From: Podarcis tiliguerta
Taxonomy: Eukaryota
Assembly (NCBI GenBank): GCA_965153285.1
Contig: OZ229121.1
Length of the DNA stretch: 64,000 nt
Reading direction: 5' to 3' (one strand)
The translations under genes and the position numbers were made by a program. Below are positions 13,201-27,000 of this stretch, one piece after another. Every line of letters starts with the position of its first letter. Position 1 is the first letter of the stretch. The notes under the pieces are model-generated. The model saw only the letters and a program-made list of their open reading frames with translations. It was not told the origin of the DNA and did no database searches.

Positions 13201-15029
13201 CTGGCCCACATGGAAAAGAATGGACCGTTAGTGCCATTTTCCTACCTATAGAGCTGGTACTGGTCCTGTGCCATTCTGTCTGTCAGTCTATTTACCTAGT
13301 ACCAGCCCATATACCAAAGAATGGACCTTTGGTTTCTGATTTCTGAATTACATATTGGGAAATGTTCTTTATAATGTCCCCAAGGCCATCAATAGTATAT
13401 ATATTTTTATAATGTTGGAAATAATTCCTGTGCATGTGCTATTTGATTAATACTTTCATTTGACTTTATAGTTGGTGAGTCTACCCACCCAGTATTTAAA
13501 AACCGAAATGTGTAAAAACATTTCTTTCATAAAGGAAATGCAAGCACTGGCAGTGTACAGGGATGAATTGTCAATCCCCATTCAGCCATGAAGCTCACTT
13601 GGTGACCATGGGCAAGCCACTGCCTCTCAGCCTACCCTATTTCAAAGGGTTCTGGTGGGGATTAAGTGAGGTGGGGAGGTCCTTGTATGCTACCTTGTGG
13701 TCCTTGCAGTGGCATAGCGTGGGTTGTCGGCACCCGGGGCAAGGCAAGTAATTTGCGCCCCCTAATCCTTGGATTTGCGCCCCCTAACCCTAACCCCCAG
13801 ATGTTGCGCCCGGTGCGGCCGGCCCCCCCTGCACCCCCCACGCTACACCACTGGGTCCTTGGAGAAAAAGGTGGGACATAAATGCAGCAAACAAATAATC
13901 ATTTTGTTGTTCATCAAATGTACCTCCAAATGTTTAGAACAGTGCCTTACAACATGAAGGTATTTCATATATTTCAAAAAACTTGAGTAAAGCCAAACAA
14001 AACTCACAGAAATAGTTTATTAGTAGAAACATATGTTTGAAAATAAGCGGTTCAACACATTTCATTTCATTTATAAACTATATATCACATTTATCACTCA
14101 ACTCTTGTGCTGTTTATCAGTATTGGCATATATTAAAAGAGTGGACAAAAATGAGCAACATTTCCCAAAAGTCAATTACCCTGTATAAAATTGTATATAT
14201 CATATTCCTTCTGTTATTGTTTTAGCACTTTTAAAATACTTGTTTTCAAGAACCTTCACTCTCTGGTTCAGAAGTTCATACTGGGATAATTTCGGTAGAT
14301 AAGTATAGGCAGATAAGAATAAAAGTGTGCAAGTCAACTTACTAAGGTAGGCAGTGGCAACAACTCAATTATTCCATTAAATGAGCACAGCAATGTCATG
14401 TGGACCTAGCTTTCAAAAGCAGTCTTTTCCCTCGGTTTGAAAATTGTCTGAATGCCTTGGCTCTTCTGTCATTTCCTTTACTCTGTGGCATAACAGAGTG
14501 AACAGCTATGAGGACTGTATGTGGATCAGTAGAGGACTTCAGAACCAGGCTTTTTGATTCTTTCTATCATGCCTGTATTGTTTTGTGACAGTCTTAAAAC
14601 CTTTATTCTCTCTGGGGTTTATTTGTGTTTTTTTTTTTTTTTGTTTTTTTTTTGAGGAGATGGAGAAGTAGTTCCGGCAGTACCACATTGGTCTAGGTAG
14701 AAGTAGGAAGCAAGTGATATTTGAAAGCCTTCAACAAAAGTAGTTCTCACATCTGTAGGAACTTATGAAAGACTGAGCATTCACTTGACAAACAAAAAGC
14801 AATGTTCAGCACTGGTGCTGAATTTTTCTGACATTGTCCAGAATGTGTGTCACCTTGTGAAGGTATATGTGTGTCTCTGTGTGTTCATCCCACCCCGCTC
14901 CACTCCTTTGAAAGCTGATGATGTACCATCATTCAATTTATTAGTTGACATTATAGTATCTAAAAACTCTTTATTTTTAAGGGAATTCACCATTTGTTTT
15001 AAGTTTGACAATAGATATTTGCTCACGTG

Positions 15030-15061
<32 letters not shown>

Positions 15062-18000
15062 TACTTTTGTATATCATTCTGGGATTTAAATTTTTTGAAG
15101 TGGTTTATAAGTATTATAAACAATAATTAAACAGCCCCAACTGTAAAGGTTACGTCATACTTCTCAGCCTTGCATTACTGTATATTTATGTGTGGTATAG
15201 CAAATGTGCAGATTTGAAATTTGGCTTTGTAAAAAATGCACTCGTTAAACAGTTATCCTTTTTCGGTGTAGCCTTTTAAGGCTGTGTTTATAAAATGTTC
15301 CATTCTATTTTAGGAATCTAGTTTAAGAACCAGGTATTAGTAATATAATAACCTGGTCCTTGGTTAACATTATGGTTACTTCTTGTTTTGCATTTGGTCC
15401 TTAAAATAAAAAATGTGGCAGAGCAGCCTTTAAACTAATAGGGTGGGGGCCATTTCATTCCAGGGATGAGGAGTAAAATGTTTATCATTTTTCAAATGGG
15501 GGATGGGTACAGTGAGGCATTGAGAAAGCAGGGGCACATGCTAACTATTAGAGAAGCAAAGGCACCATAGGGTAAAACCCATATTCCAAAGACCAAACAC
15601 ACTAGTTATGGGTGTTTATATGCTACTGCTGGAAGCCTGTGAGCCAAAATGGACATTAGCTAGAGTCTTTTGTTTTGAGAGAAGAGCATAGATATAATGG
15701 ACATAAGGGAAACTTGGTGGACTGGGGGGGGGGGGAGAAACCTGTTAGACCTGGTTATCTCTGTTTAAAAGTATATAGGAAAGACAGGGAAGGTTGTGCT
15801 GGAGGTGCTGTAATCCCATACCTCAAAGAGGGCATAAAGTCCAGCAAGATAGAAATCCTCAAAAGGGCAGACTCCACAGAGTTGCTGTGGTGGAAATACC
15901 AGGCCCAAAGAATAATTAGTACTATTGTCCAGTGAAAAAAACACCCAGGTTGATCTTGAGATGGAGAATGAAATCAAGAAGGCATGAAAAATAGGATGTA
16001 ATGTAGTAATAGGGTAAAGGTAAAGGGACCCCTGACCATTAGGTCCAGTCGTGGCCGACTCTGGAGTTGCGGCGCTCATCTCGCTTTATTGGCCGAGGGA
16101 GCCGGCGTACAGCTTCCGGGTCATGTGGCCAGCATGACTAAGCCGCTTCTAGTGAACCAGAGCAGCGCACGGAAATGCAGTTTACCTTCCCACCAGAGCG
16201 GTACCTATTTATCTGCTTGCACTTTGACGTGCTTTCGAACTGCTAGGTTGGCAGGAGCAGGGACTGAGCAACAGGAGCTCACCCCGTCGCGGGGATTCGA
16301 ACTGCCGACCTTCTGATCGGCAAGTCCTAGGCTCTGTGGTTTAACCCACAGCGCCACCCGCGTCCCAATGTAGTAATAAGTGACTTCAAATACTCTAATG
16401 TAGACTGGCTACATGTGTCACAGTCATGACGAAGAGATAAAAATTTCTTGATACCCTAAATGATTGTGTCCTAGAATAGTTTCTCATGGAACCAGTCAGT
16501 GACCTTGGACTTAATCTTAAGTGAAACTGAGGACCTGGTATGGGATGTAAGTGTTGTTAAACCAATTAGGAGCAGTGGCCATAGTGCTATGAAATTCAAC
16601 ACACACACACAAAATTGTTTGTTATATAAATATTTAAAAGGCTTGGTTTTTACAGTAACATGTTTTTAAATTTTTTTTTTGGGGAGCTGCCCAGAGTAGT
16701 TGGGCCAGCCTGGTCAGATGGGCAGCATAGAAATAATAAAATTATTATTATTATTTAAAAATCATTTCATTCATTTAATTCATCACCATTTTATAGAGGT
16801 AGTGAAGTCCACCAAGTTGGATGCCTTTGAAACTTGATTAGGTCAAAATCATGAAGGGTAAGGCTGTCATTGGTTTCTAGCCATTTTGACTATGTTCTGC
16901 CTCCACTGTCAGAAGCAATATGCCTCTGATTACCAGTTGCTGGTAATCTCAGATGGGCAGAGTGCTGTTGCACTGATGGCCTGCTTGTGGGCTTCCTATA
17001 GGCATCTGATTGGCTGCTATAAGAATTGGATGTCAGCCTTATGTTCTTAAACTCTGGGGCAAGAAAGTGTATTGTTAAGAAGACCAAAATTAGTTATAAA
17101 CCACAATTTTGGTTTCTTACATAACGACAGGATAGTTTTTAGCAGAGTCCTCTTCCTGTCTACGTGGGAGGAGGAAAGGGGAGGGGGAGAGCACAGAAGC
17201 CTGCTCATGTATCTATCAAATGGTTTAGTGTTATGTGCAAACTAAACATATGTATGTAGGAACTTGTACCTTATATTTCGTTCCTTAGAAGCTATAGTTT
17301 GAAAAATGATTCTTGGCATCTGCTCTGTAATGGGAATTGATCTTCCTTCCTCCACCCTCCCACCTGCAGTACTTTTTATAGATCCCCAAGAGAGCTTTTC
17401 AGGCTCAACGTAACTAGAAAATTGGCTTTTATGAATATATAAATGTGTACAGTGTTTGAGACCTTTTTTAGTTTGGGGATTTGAGTCAAACACAGTGACG
17501 ATAAAACCTTGGGCCTTAACAGCAAAACATTCATATTGCAGGCCGTTTTTAGCTACTACTGTAGCTAAACGTTAAGTCACAAACCACATAGTTTCAATTC
17601 CTTTTTTGGTGTTCCCTTGGTGGGAATTGAAGGCATGCCATGTTCCTCAATTCTGTTATTATGTGACCTGTGCTGGGTGTAGTTACTGGCCTGGAAGACT
17701 AAGTATCTTTACAAGATAACTGGCTGCAACAGAGTGATTTATACAGCTGTACATCTGTGTTGGCTGTACTGTTATAAAGTAGTTATGTGTGGTCTGGTTT
17801 CTTCAGGCTCATAGCACTGCAAACTTGCACAAGGGCATTCTCCATTTCTTCAGCATCAGCATGGAAGGAACACATATAGACAAGGAGCTGGTAAATACTT
17901 CTTTCAAAGAAATAACATTTTAAAGTGGCTAGAACAGAACTCACGATATTCACTCTTGTATGTCAGATTGTGTAAATAATTGTCTTGAAAACCTTTGTAA

Positions 18001-21000
18001 TATCAGGGTTTAAAATACACACAAATTTAGCTATATAGTCTTTTTATAAACTCCTTTAGCTTTATAATGTATGTGACTGAAACCTTTGACTCAAATACAA
18101 TTAATAGTACTACTTATTAACTCATTTCTTTAGAGAGGGCAGATTTTTTCAGGATTAATGTATGTTAGGAAATTGTACTAAAATGTGTTAAAAGTAGTGT
18201 ATTGTGAAATTACAGGTTTCTTGTCTAAACATACCTTCCACTAAACTTTCTTAGCACCCTTCTCTCCTTTATGCACCATATTATAACAATTTTTGTTAAG
18301 TCTGTAGTAAACTTTTGACTATGTAAGATTCTTGGCAGGTCATCTGTACATAATCAGGATTAGAAGCTCATCAGCATTCTTTGTGAAACTAGTATCATAG
18401 GTATTTTTCTCAGTATCATGTTCAGTAGAGGTTAACTATTTAATTGGAAAACAGTATGGTTTAAAGTTAGTGAGAAAAAGCTTCCTGAGTTCCATATTTG
18501 ATAGAAGTTGCAGAACATGCCTAGATAGCTTTACTTAAGTGACTTATCAATATGGAGGTATCCAACATTTAAAAAACATGTCTGATTCCAGTAGTCTCCT
18601 GGACTTCACTTTTCATTCCCCACTTATTCTGTTTTGCTGTCTTCTAGGAATATATCTTGCTGTAGTAGATAATGTGGTTGCTAACTTGGATATCGATTTA
18701 GTATGATTTAAGTCTAACCCTTCGTCATGTTAAAAGATTTTCCATGTGGCTGCATGTAAAGAAAATAGGTTTGAGAATCTTAGAAAGTTTCTCAGTGGTA
18801 TATCAGCTTTTGTTACATGAACAATTGTAACATAAAATCAGGTAAAATCTGTCCATATTTGTAAGGTCTTTTTTTAATGTTTCTGCTTGTGCACTGGATG
18901 ATAGAAAGGTGGTCTTTAAGTTTTAGGCTGCTATCCTAACCCCAGCCCTGCCTGCCAGTGGAGCCTTGTGTAGTGGTACAGCCACTGCCACATCTGCTAC
19001 CCAGCCACTTGCGGGGAGGGGGGCAGGGCTGGTGGCAGCAGCCGCAGCAGCATGATTGGGCTTGATACTTGCCAGCAAGAGCCATGAAAACAGCTTGTAA
19101 TCCAGTTCATTCCAGGCCAGCACAGCCCTGCCTCCTCCCTGCCCTTGTTTCATGCCGTTCTGTTACGAGTGTGTACATGGATCCGCATGTGCACAGCCAG
19201 CACTCATGTTCACTGCTGAGAGGTTTAGGATCTTTTCCTGGAGTTATAACGTGTGCTTGTTATGGATGTGCTTTAACCCTTAATCTTATGCCCACAAGAA
19301 GCTCCCACTCAAAGAAATGAAGCTTGGTTTATTATATAAAACAGGAGCGACAGAATATATATGAAACTGTTGCTTAGACAGCAAAGTTACAGGCTACGCA
19401 GGTAGCAAATTACATTACATACTCACCTTAATTAAAGAGTAAAAGGTTCCCTTATTCTAAAAGCCCTACAGAAGCTGCCCTAAACCTGTGCTAGAAGGAG
19501 TAGGGAAACGAAAGTATGCTTGTCCTTAAAGTGAAGCAGCAGTGTGTTGAGACCTGGGGAGCGCTGGTTAAGTACTATCCTGTTGGAGCTATGAAGCCAA
19601 CTAGTATTTGAATCTAATAGGTTTTTTAAAATACCCTTTTGCCAAGGCATACTAGTGGAGAGGGAAAGGGTCTGTGAAATGATTGATTCCTACCATTTCC
19701 ATAATCTCTTCCAGACTTTCCTGCCTAGTTCTCACCTTGCCCATCTTTGGTCATCCTGTTCCTGTTTGCTTAACAAAAGGGTGAAAGACTTTGATGGTAT
19801 CTGCACCTGCCCATCTCTGCCTGCCATCTGCCTTTAAATCACCTTACCATTGTGGGGATGGATCTCACTGAGGAGTTGAGTATCATGTACTTGAAAACAA
19901 AATTTGCATGTGTTAATCTTCTGGTCAGATGTGGGTGAAGGCAGGATATGCCCAAAATGCGTTTCAGCAAGAGGCTGGAGTCTGGCTTTTTCCATGGTCA
20001 CCAAAGCTTATCATGAAGGGTCTCATGTCATATTAGAGTTCTGTCAATCTTATACTTAAGTCATGATCTGCTGAGATAAACCATATCATAAATTCAGATT
20101 AACACACACCTCCTTACATTTCCACTGGTGAATAACCCTCCAGCATGCATTGTGGCCACCTGTTCAGCAGATTTTCTTCTGAGTCCAAACCCCTTACTGC
20201 CTGGCATAGTGGGATGGGGGTGGATTGCCATGCCTTAAATACAAGTGTGTAAAAGCGTGTACTTGCTGATTTCTGCTGTCATAACATACACCCTGGTGAA
20301 ATCCCTGTCAAATATAAACATGTACAGGTATCCGATGAATTGGCCTTAAGTGTAATGCTACTTTTTGCCTTTAATGTAGGTAGTTTAGTGTGCATTTTTC
20401 ACAAAGCAAAAATTATTACAACAACTTTAGTTTTACATTACACATCTGTTAGATGAGCATCCTTTCAGCTGACAGCATTAGTTCAATTAAAAGTTGTGGT
20501 GTTTTTAAAAGTGATGGTAGAACACTTAAAGTTATTTGAGAATGCTAATCAAATTAAGGACATGCTTTGATCAGAATAAACTTACATTTATTTTAAGGTA
20601 TCTTACTTTTCTTAGAAGACTCGCTGATTAATATTAAACAGTGCAAATGGTTGGTGAAAATGCATACTTCAAAGTGTTTCTGCATTTTATGGATCCTCTT
20701 AGTTTCTCCTTTCTGTCTCTGTTCTGATTTAGTTCTATTGCCTTCAGAGAATCAGATTCCAGTCTGTTTCATCTCAGTAGGAATTGCAAAGACAATGAGA
20801 AACTCCTTCCCTATTTCCCCTTATATTTGCTTCAGTGTTAAAATGTCTTGTGGTAACCTCAGGTGGGAGCTATGATGTCAGAAGCTTACAAACACAGTAA
20901 GATGAATGCAAATTAGGAGTGCCGTCTGACATGACTGATGTAAGTAAGTGCAAAGCTGATTGTAATGGCACAAAAAATCCATAAGTTTATCTGGACTGCG

Positions 21001-24000
21001 ACAACCAGGAAAACATTCCTGGAATTGTGGAAAAATGCCTGGAACAACAGTTTATTATGTTGAAGCATCTTCTATACAAGGGAAGGCTAATATTAATTGG
21101 GGCAGTTTTTTGTTTTTGTTTTTTTTAAAAAAGACAACAAATGGGGCAGCTTTGCTTGAGATGGATAACATTTTGAACAGTATGAAGAGAGAGAAAGTTG
21201 TTTTCCTTCAACAATACTAAAACTCCGGGTCATGCAATGAAGCTGATTGGCAGCAGGTTGAAGGTTTTTAGCATGATACATAGTTATGAAATTCACTACC
21301 AAATGATTTTGTAAGATCCAGTATCTTAAACAGCTTTAAAAAGTACTAGAGAAATTATTGGTCACCATATTACCTATCATGCTGCATTTTTTCAGCAAAC
21401 GGGTCTTTATTTAAGTTAAATTTTTGCCTAATTCTATTGTGTCAGAACATGTAACAGCTTGTAAAGACTGCAAAGCCCCTCTTATTCAGCTTTCTGATGA
21501 GTCAATCCTTTTTCTGCATGGAATTGGACTACTCGGGAAGTTAAATAGGTTTGTATAAACCTCACTAGCTTTCAGTTACATACTTTTCAGACACAGATAA
21601 GTATAGTAAGAGAGACACAGAGCAGAAGGTGACTTTCATGATGTGTCCTAGAAAGCTGCAAATTCAGCAATGTGTTGAGCGAGTTTTACTTGCACGTTAT
21701 TAAGTATTGGAAACCTATGTGACTAAGTTCTGTTTATAGCAACAGATATAGTATATTGAAGACTAAGGATTATAGTTTAAACAGAAAATTAGTTCCTAAC
21801 TCAGAGCTTTGTTAATTTCAAGTTGTTTGACAAAAAACATTAAGAATGGGATTAAGGCTACTATTACTTCATGGCATAATCTCAGTCTCAATCTCAGTGT
21901 ATTTGTATTGTAATTTTTAAAAACAGGCATGTCTTTAATGCCTTGGGAAGGTTTACAAGGGCACACATGCCTTTCAGTAATCTAATCTATAGACAGGCTG
22001 CTTTCACATGGTATCATTTTGAAGGCCACTTCTTTATGAGCGAGCTGGCAAAGAATGCCTGTTTCATATTTGTCAAAATTACAATGTTGGTATAAACAGC
22101 ATTCTAAAACACATTTCCCCCCTCTGGCATAGTGTAAGCAGTTTCGTTGCCTTTAATTAAAGCAACATTGCAATAATCAAACCTCATAGTGTATTGAAAA
22201 TTAATCATCAAATGGTAGTATTAATAACCAAATAAGAGAGGGAAATGTAAATACAAATACAAATGTAAAAGCTTGTGGAACCATACAACTGAGAAATAAT
22301 TAGCCTTCAGTCCTTCCTCCTGAATTAGAACATTTTTATGACTCCAACCTGAAACGAGAATTTATGTAGGCTGTTTTTGCCTTCTCTGAGTTAATAAGAC
22401 AACTTCATCATTTGGTAATGTCTCAACATTGGCTCCACTTAGTTGTGGTTATCTTTTTTAAAAATAAAAATATTAAAGATTTCTTAGTTCACAAAAATAC
22501 GTGCATTGTCTCTTTTTTCAAGTTTTTCAAGTTGTGTTTTCTACAGATCAGTTTCATTTGTTGTGAGACTTTAGTATTGCATACAATGTTAGGTTAGGAA
22601 GAAAAGAGAGGGGGGGGAAATGGTGAGTGGGGTGGGGTGGGGTGGCAATGCTTCTATTCTTAGTGTATGTGTGGGGTTTTGTTTCAGTGTCACATGTGGG
22701 TTCTTTTACTATTCGCTTGCTGTATTTCCTTGGTGGTGAGAGAGATTGGGGATGGCCTAGGGTGTGGTTGGTTGTCTTTGGTTGGCTGTAGTTGTGGCCA
22801 TCTTAAATTTGTGGTGCTTTATGCACCCCTCATCTAACCTTAATATACAATCATACCTTGGGTTAAAGTAGCTTCGGGTTGAGTGTTTTCGGGTTGTGCT
22901 CCACAGCGACCCGGAAGTAACAGAATGCGTTACTTCCAGGTTTCATCGCTCGTGCATACGCAGACGCTCAAAATGACGTCATGCGCAGACGCAGCGAATC
23001 ACGACGCGCATATGCAGGTGGTGCTCACTTCAGGATGTGAACGGGGCTCCGGAACGGATCCCATTCGCATCCAGAGATACCACTGTACTTTAGTATTTGT
23101 CCAAAGTATTTTAAGATCTTGTTTTGAACATTGCACTACTTATTTTTAAAGTTCTTAAATGCATTAGCATTGAATAGCAAGAAGCATAGAATCATAGAAT
23201 TGTAGAGTTTGAAGGGACACCAAGAGTCATCTAATTCAACCCTTGGTAGTACAGGAATCCTGTCCACAGGCATCCCTGGGTGGGCTCGAACTACCAACCT
23301 TCTGGTTAGCAGCCAGACACACTTGACACACGTGCCACAGAACATTAATGATCATTAATGGTACGGGGGAAAATGTAGTTAATTGTGTGCTCTGCTTTTT
23401 AAAGCGTAAAAAAGCTGGTAGGAGTTTAAAAGTTAATAGATAAAAACATTTTAATCTGAATTCACACAAGAGTTAAAAATGCTACATAATTAAACCTTTT
23501 CTTAGGTGATACCATAGCCTATGGCAAGAATGGTGAATCTGTAGTTCTTCAAATGCTGTTGAGTCCAGTTGTCCAGCAGCCCTAGATAGCTAGTGGTCAA
23601 AGAGGATGAGAGTTGTAGTCTAGCAACATCTGGAGGGTCACAGGTTCTCATCTCCTGGTATGCGCAGATGACTGATTAAAAATAAAAAATATATATTTAT
23701 TTATACCTGTCTTCTTCCCTGACGGGACTCAAGGTGGCTTGCAGATAAAAATAAGAGCTACTAAACACATAGGGAAAAACCATGAAAACACAAATAATTG
23801 ATAGAATTAAAAATTATATGCATATATAAAATATATTAAAACTGTACTGATAATTATAATAAAAACATCATGGCACCAGTCTTTTCATTAAAAGCAATTT
23901 GTTTTCGAAGGCCTGTTAGAACGACGAAGTCTTCATCTGCTGGTGGAAGGACAACCAGGAGGGAGCCAGTCTATTTTCTCTTAAGGAGTGAGCAGCCACC

Positions 24001-27000
24001 AAGAATTCTCTCTCTTGTGACACTACCAAGCATGCAGTCATGATTGTGAATCATGTCATAACTTTATATGTAACCTAAAAATGAACTTTTTTCCTGGCAT
24101 TCTCCTTTTAGGGGTATCTAGCAGTATTTGCAAGATGCACTCTCATGACGGTTTTTTTCTAGAAGAAAAGAATCTTATCTTTTGTAGAGAAGACTGCATT
24201 CCACTCTGAGGCAAAAATGCTGGAAATAGAGGTAGTAATGAGGGGAAGAATCTGCATTTAATAATTTTAGTTATACTTAAGGCTTAGTTAGAGAGAGAGA
24301 GAGAGAGTGTGTGTGTGTGTATAGAGAGAGAGAGAGGTAGTAACAAGGGGAAGAATCTATCTCTCTCGTGTGTGTGTGTATGTATAGATCTATCTTATCT
24401 ATTTATATCTATATGTATCTATATTGCCCTCAATGTTTGCCCACCCTTGGCATAGCCTCTATTTCTAGTGGGGTCTCCCTTATGTCACATTTTAGACTGT
24501 AAGCTCCTGAGAGCAAGGATTTGTTCTCTTAATACCGTGTAGAGAGTCATGCACTCACTAAATAAATGAAATATTCTGAGCATCTTAGCTGTTTCTATTG
24601 CTACATTATATGATACAAGCAGGATTTTTGCCTTAGAGTGGAATGCACTCTCTATATATATGGCATAACTTGTTTTTGAGAAACCTGTGCAGAGTCTTAG
24701 TAATCACAGCATTCTTTTCTAAAAGCTCACAGACCGGCTTTCTAATTATCTATTCTAGGACCTGGTATCTATGTCAGTAGTTACCTACGTCTTCTTTCTC
24801 CCCTTTTTGAAGATGGGAACGTTTGTCCACCTCCAGTCCACAGGGACCTTATCTATTATCCAAGAATACTCACAGATTATAGACAGAGGTTCTGAGATTA
24901 CATCTGCAAACTCTTTTAGTACCCTTGGGTCCAGCTCATCAGGCCCTATTTATCAATATTGACTATTTTTCACTTACACCAAATTTGTGATGATGGGGGT
25001 ATGTGATCGCCAGGCCCATTAGTAGTATGGGAGGAGGGACAGGGATGGCTTGTGCAGCCCTGCAACCTTTCAATGTGTATGGGTTGTCTTGAACCCACTT
25101 CATCCCCATAAGGGCCTGATGCAGAGAGGTAGTTATTTGCGTAAATCTGCCCAATGAGTTTTTGGCTAAGCCGTGATTGGAACTGTGGATTTTGTGCCTC
25201 TTGGCTTTCAGGTTTTTTTGAGTATGATTCTTTCTCTTCCTCCCTCTTGCCATTCCGAATCTTAAGTCTCTGCAATGCTACACTATTGCCAACTAATTCT
25301 TAGGTTTTTGGAAGGAGAAATATCTACAGCTTCACTCTAAGAAATGTTGGAAGCCAGTAGCGAAATGGAAAACACTTTAATGCAGATTTAAGCTACAAAA
25401 TCCATAATACGGAAATGCATTTAATGTTTAACTTGGCAGAAGTAAAAAGAGATATTATGTGCAACACAATGCCTTTCTAAGGTCATTATAAAAATTTGTT
25501 TGCTAAATGCACAGCTTGAAAAAGAGGATATATTTGTGAAGCTTGTTTTCACCCAAAGTTTTTAATGTTTCCTTTGAATCATGGTAGTTTCCCTTCCCTG
25601 TTATAGAAGATGCACAGTCTGTTACTCAGTAACTCTTGTTTTCACATGCTAGACAAGCTTACACAAAACTATTTAGTTGGACTATGACAGGCAATTAAAA
25701 ATGGGGCTTTCTGGGCAACATGATGATTTGCCAAAAAACTTATACTAGAATATGCAGTTCCAGAAAATAACCCTGTGTTCTCTGTTGTTCCTAACCTTCT
25801 GAAGATGGTATGACAAGCAATTTTTGTCATAGTCATTTATAAAATGGAAACATAAATATGTAGATGTGATTATAGTGTTAAACTGGATGTCTGCTCTGTC
25901 TTTTTTAGGGTCATGATGAAGAAGCTGTTGTGGATACGGGCAAAATCAGCTCTACTATCAACACAAACTTTGAGAAAGAAGAACTAGAAAGTAAGTATAT
26001 ATTTTCGGTCTCGTTAGGATTGTTATTTTTCCCAAGTTCAAAAGTAAAACATGTTAGAATCCTAGTGCTGCACTTATGTTATCTGGTTTGGCATGGTTGT
26101 ATTGATGCCATTTGAAGTCATGCCTGGGATTTCCACCTAAGTTGTTAGTGTGCATTGCATCCAATATGCAAGATGAGGTCAGGTACAATTACCCTTTCTC
26201 CTTTCTAGCTCTATGCTTAGCTATCCTTTCTAGTGAAAGAGACAGGATTTGAGGTGCTCTGAGAACCTCAAGAGAGCACAACACCCAAAAAAACTCCTCC
26301 TGCAATCATCTCCAGTTTGGAGTAGAATCAGGGGTCAGAGAGTATCCCTGCAGTTGTGCTGTGCTTGGGATGTGCTTGTTGAATGGTTTAAAGGGTATTA
26401 GGATAGCTACTGGTTTAAGCTCTCTATGATTTGCTGAATATGTTGAAAATATTTGTAACTGGTTGTGGAAGAGAAACAAACTCATACAGGTAACCATGTA
26501 AAAGAGAGTATGCTATACGTACAGGAAGGAATCTAATTAAGAGACTTGCACTGTGCAACAGTGAAAGCTGTCTACAAACTCAGGCGCACACTTTACTAAG
26601 AACACTTCACGCAAAGAACTTGAAGATGTTAGTTGGACAGAAGACAATGATGCCATTTTGTGAAGTGAGCAGTCATCTAGTATTTGCTTATGTTATGAAA
26701 TTTGGCTCCTGATGCATCCTTGAAAAACGATGGCTTGTGCCATCTGCTTTTTCCATGGCATAAGTCCAAACAAAGCTCCTTACGAAGAGGGGGCTGCACT
26801 TGACTTTTACTTAGCTTCACTTAGGTTTTTCTTTGCCAGGTGTAACCGTGTTTACATTTAATAGTTCTATTATCTCGGATATGTGATACTATAAACTGTG
26901 TTCTTAATAATAGTGGCAGACTTTTCAATCTGTATTTCTGCTCTTTGACAGCAAAATATTCTTCCGTTTCTCTGTGCATGTAGGTTTAACATGTTAGCAT

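Noticed and set aside
19330-19405. TATA-like box, ATG and donor ([13 protein letters not shown]|gtagca)
   Set aside because: The donor is phase 2 and incompatible with exon 2; no other support
20931-20945. ATG ACT GAT|gtaagt, a possible 3-codon alternative first exon
   Set aside because: Phase 0 with a strong donor, but too short to distinguish from chance and preceded by several out-of-frame ATGs
24963-25275. Two overlapping minus-strand ORFs of about 100 aa
   Set aside because: No recognisable motifs or splice context; adjacent to a CR1 fragment, probably decayed repeat
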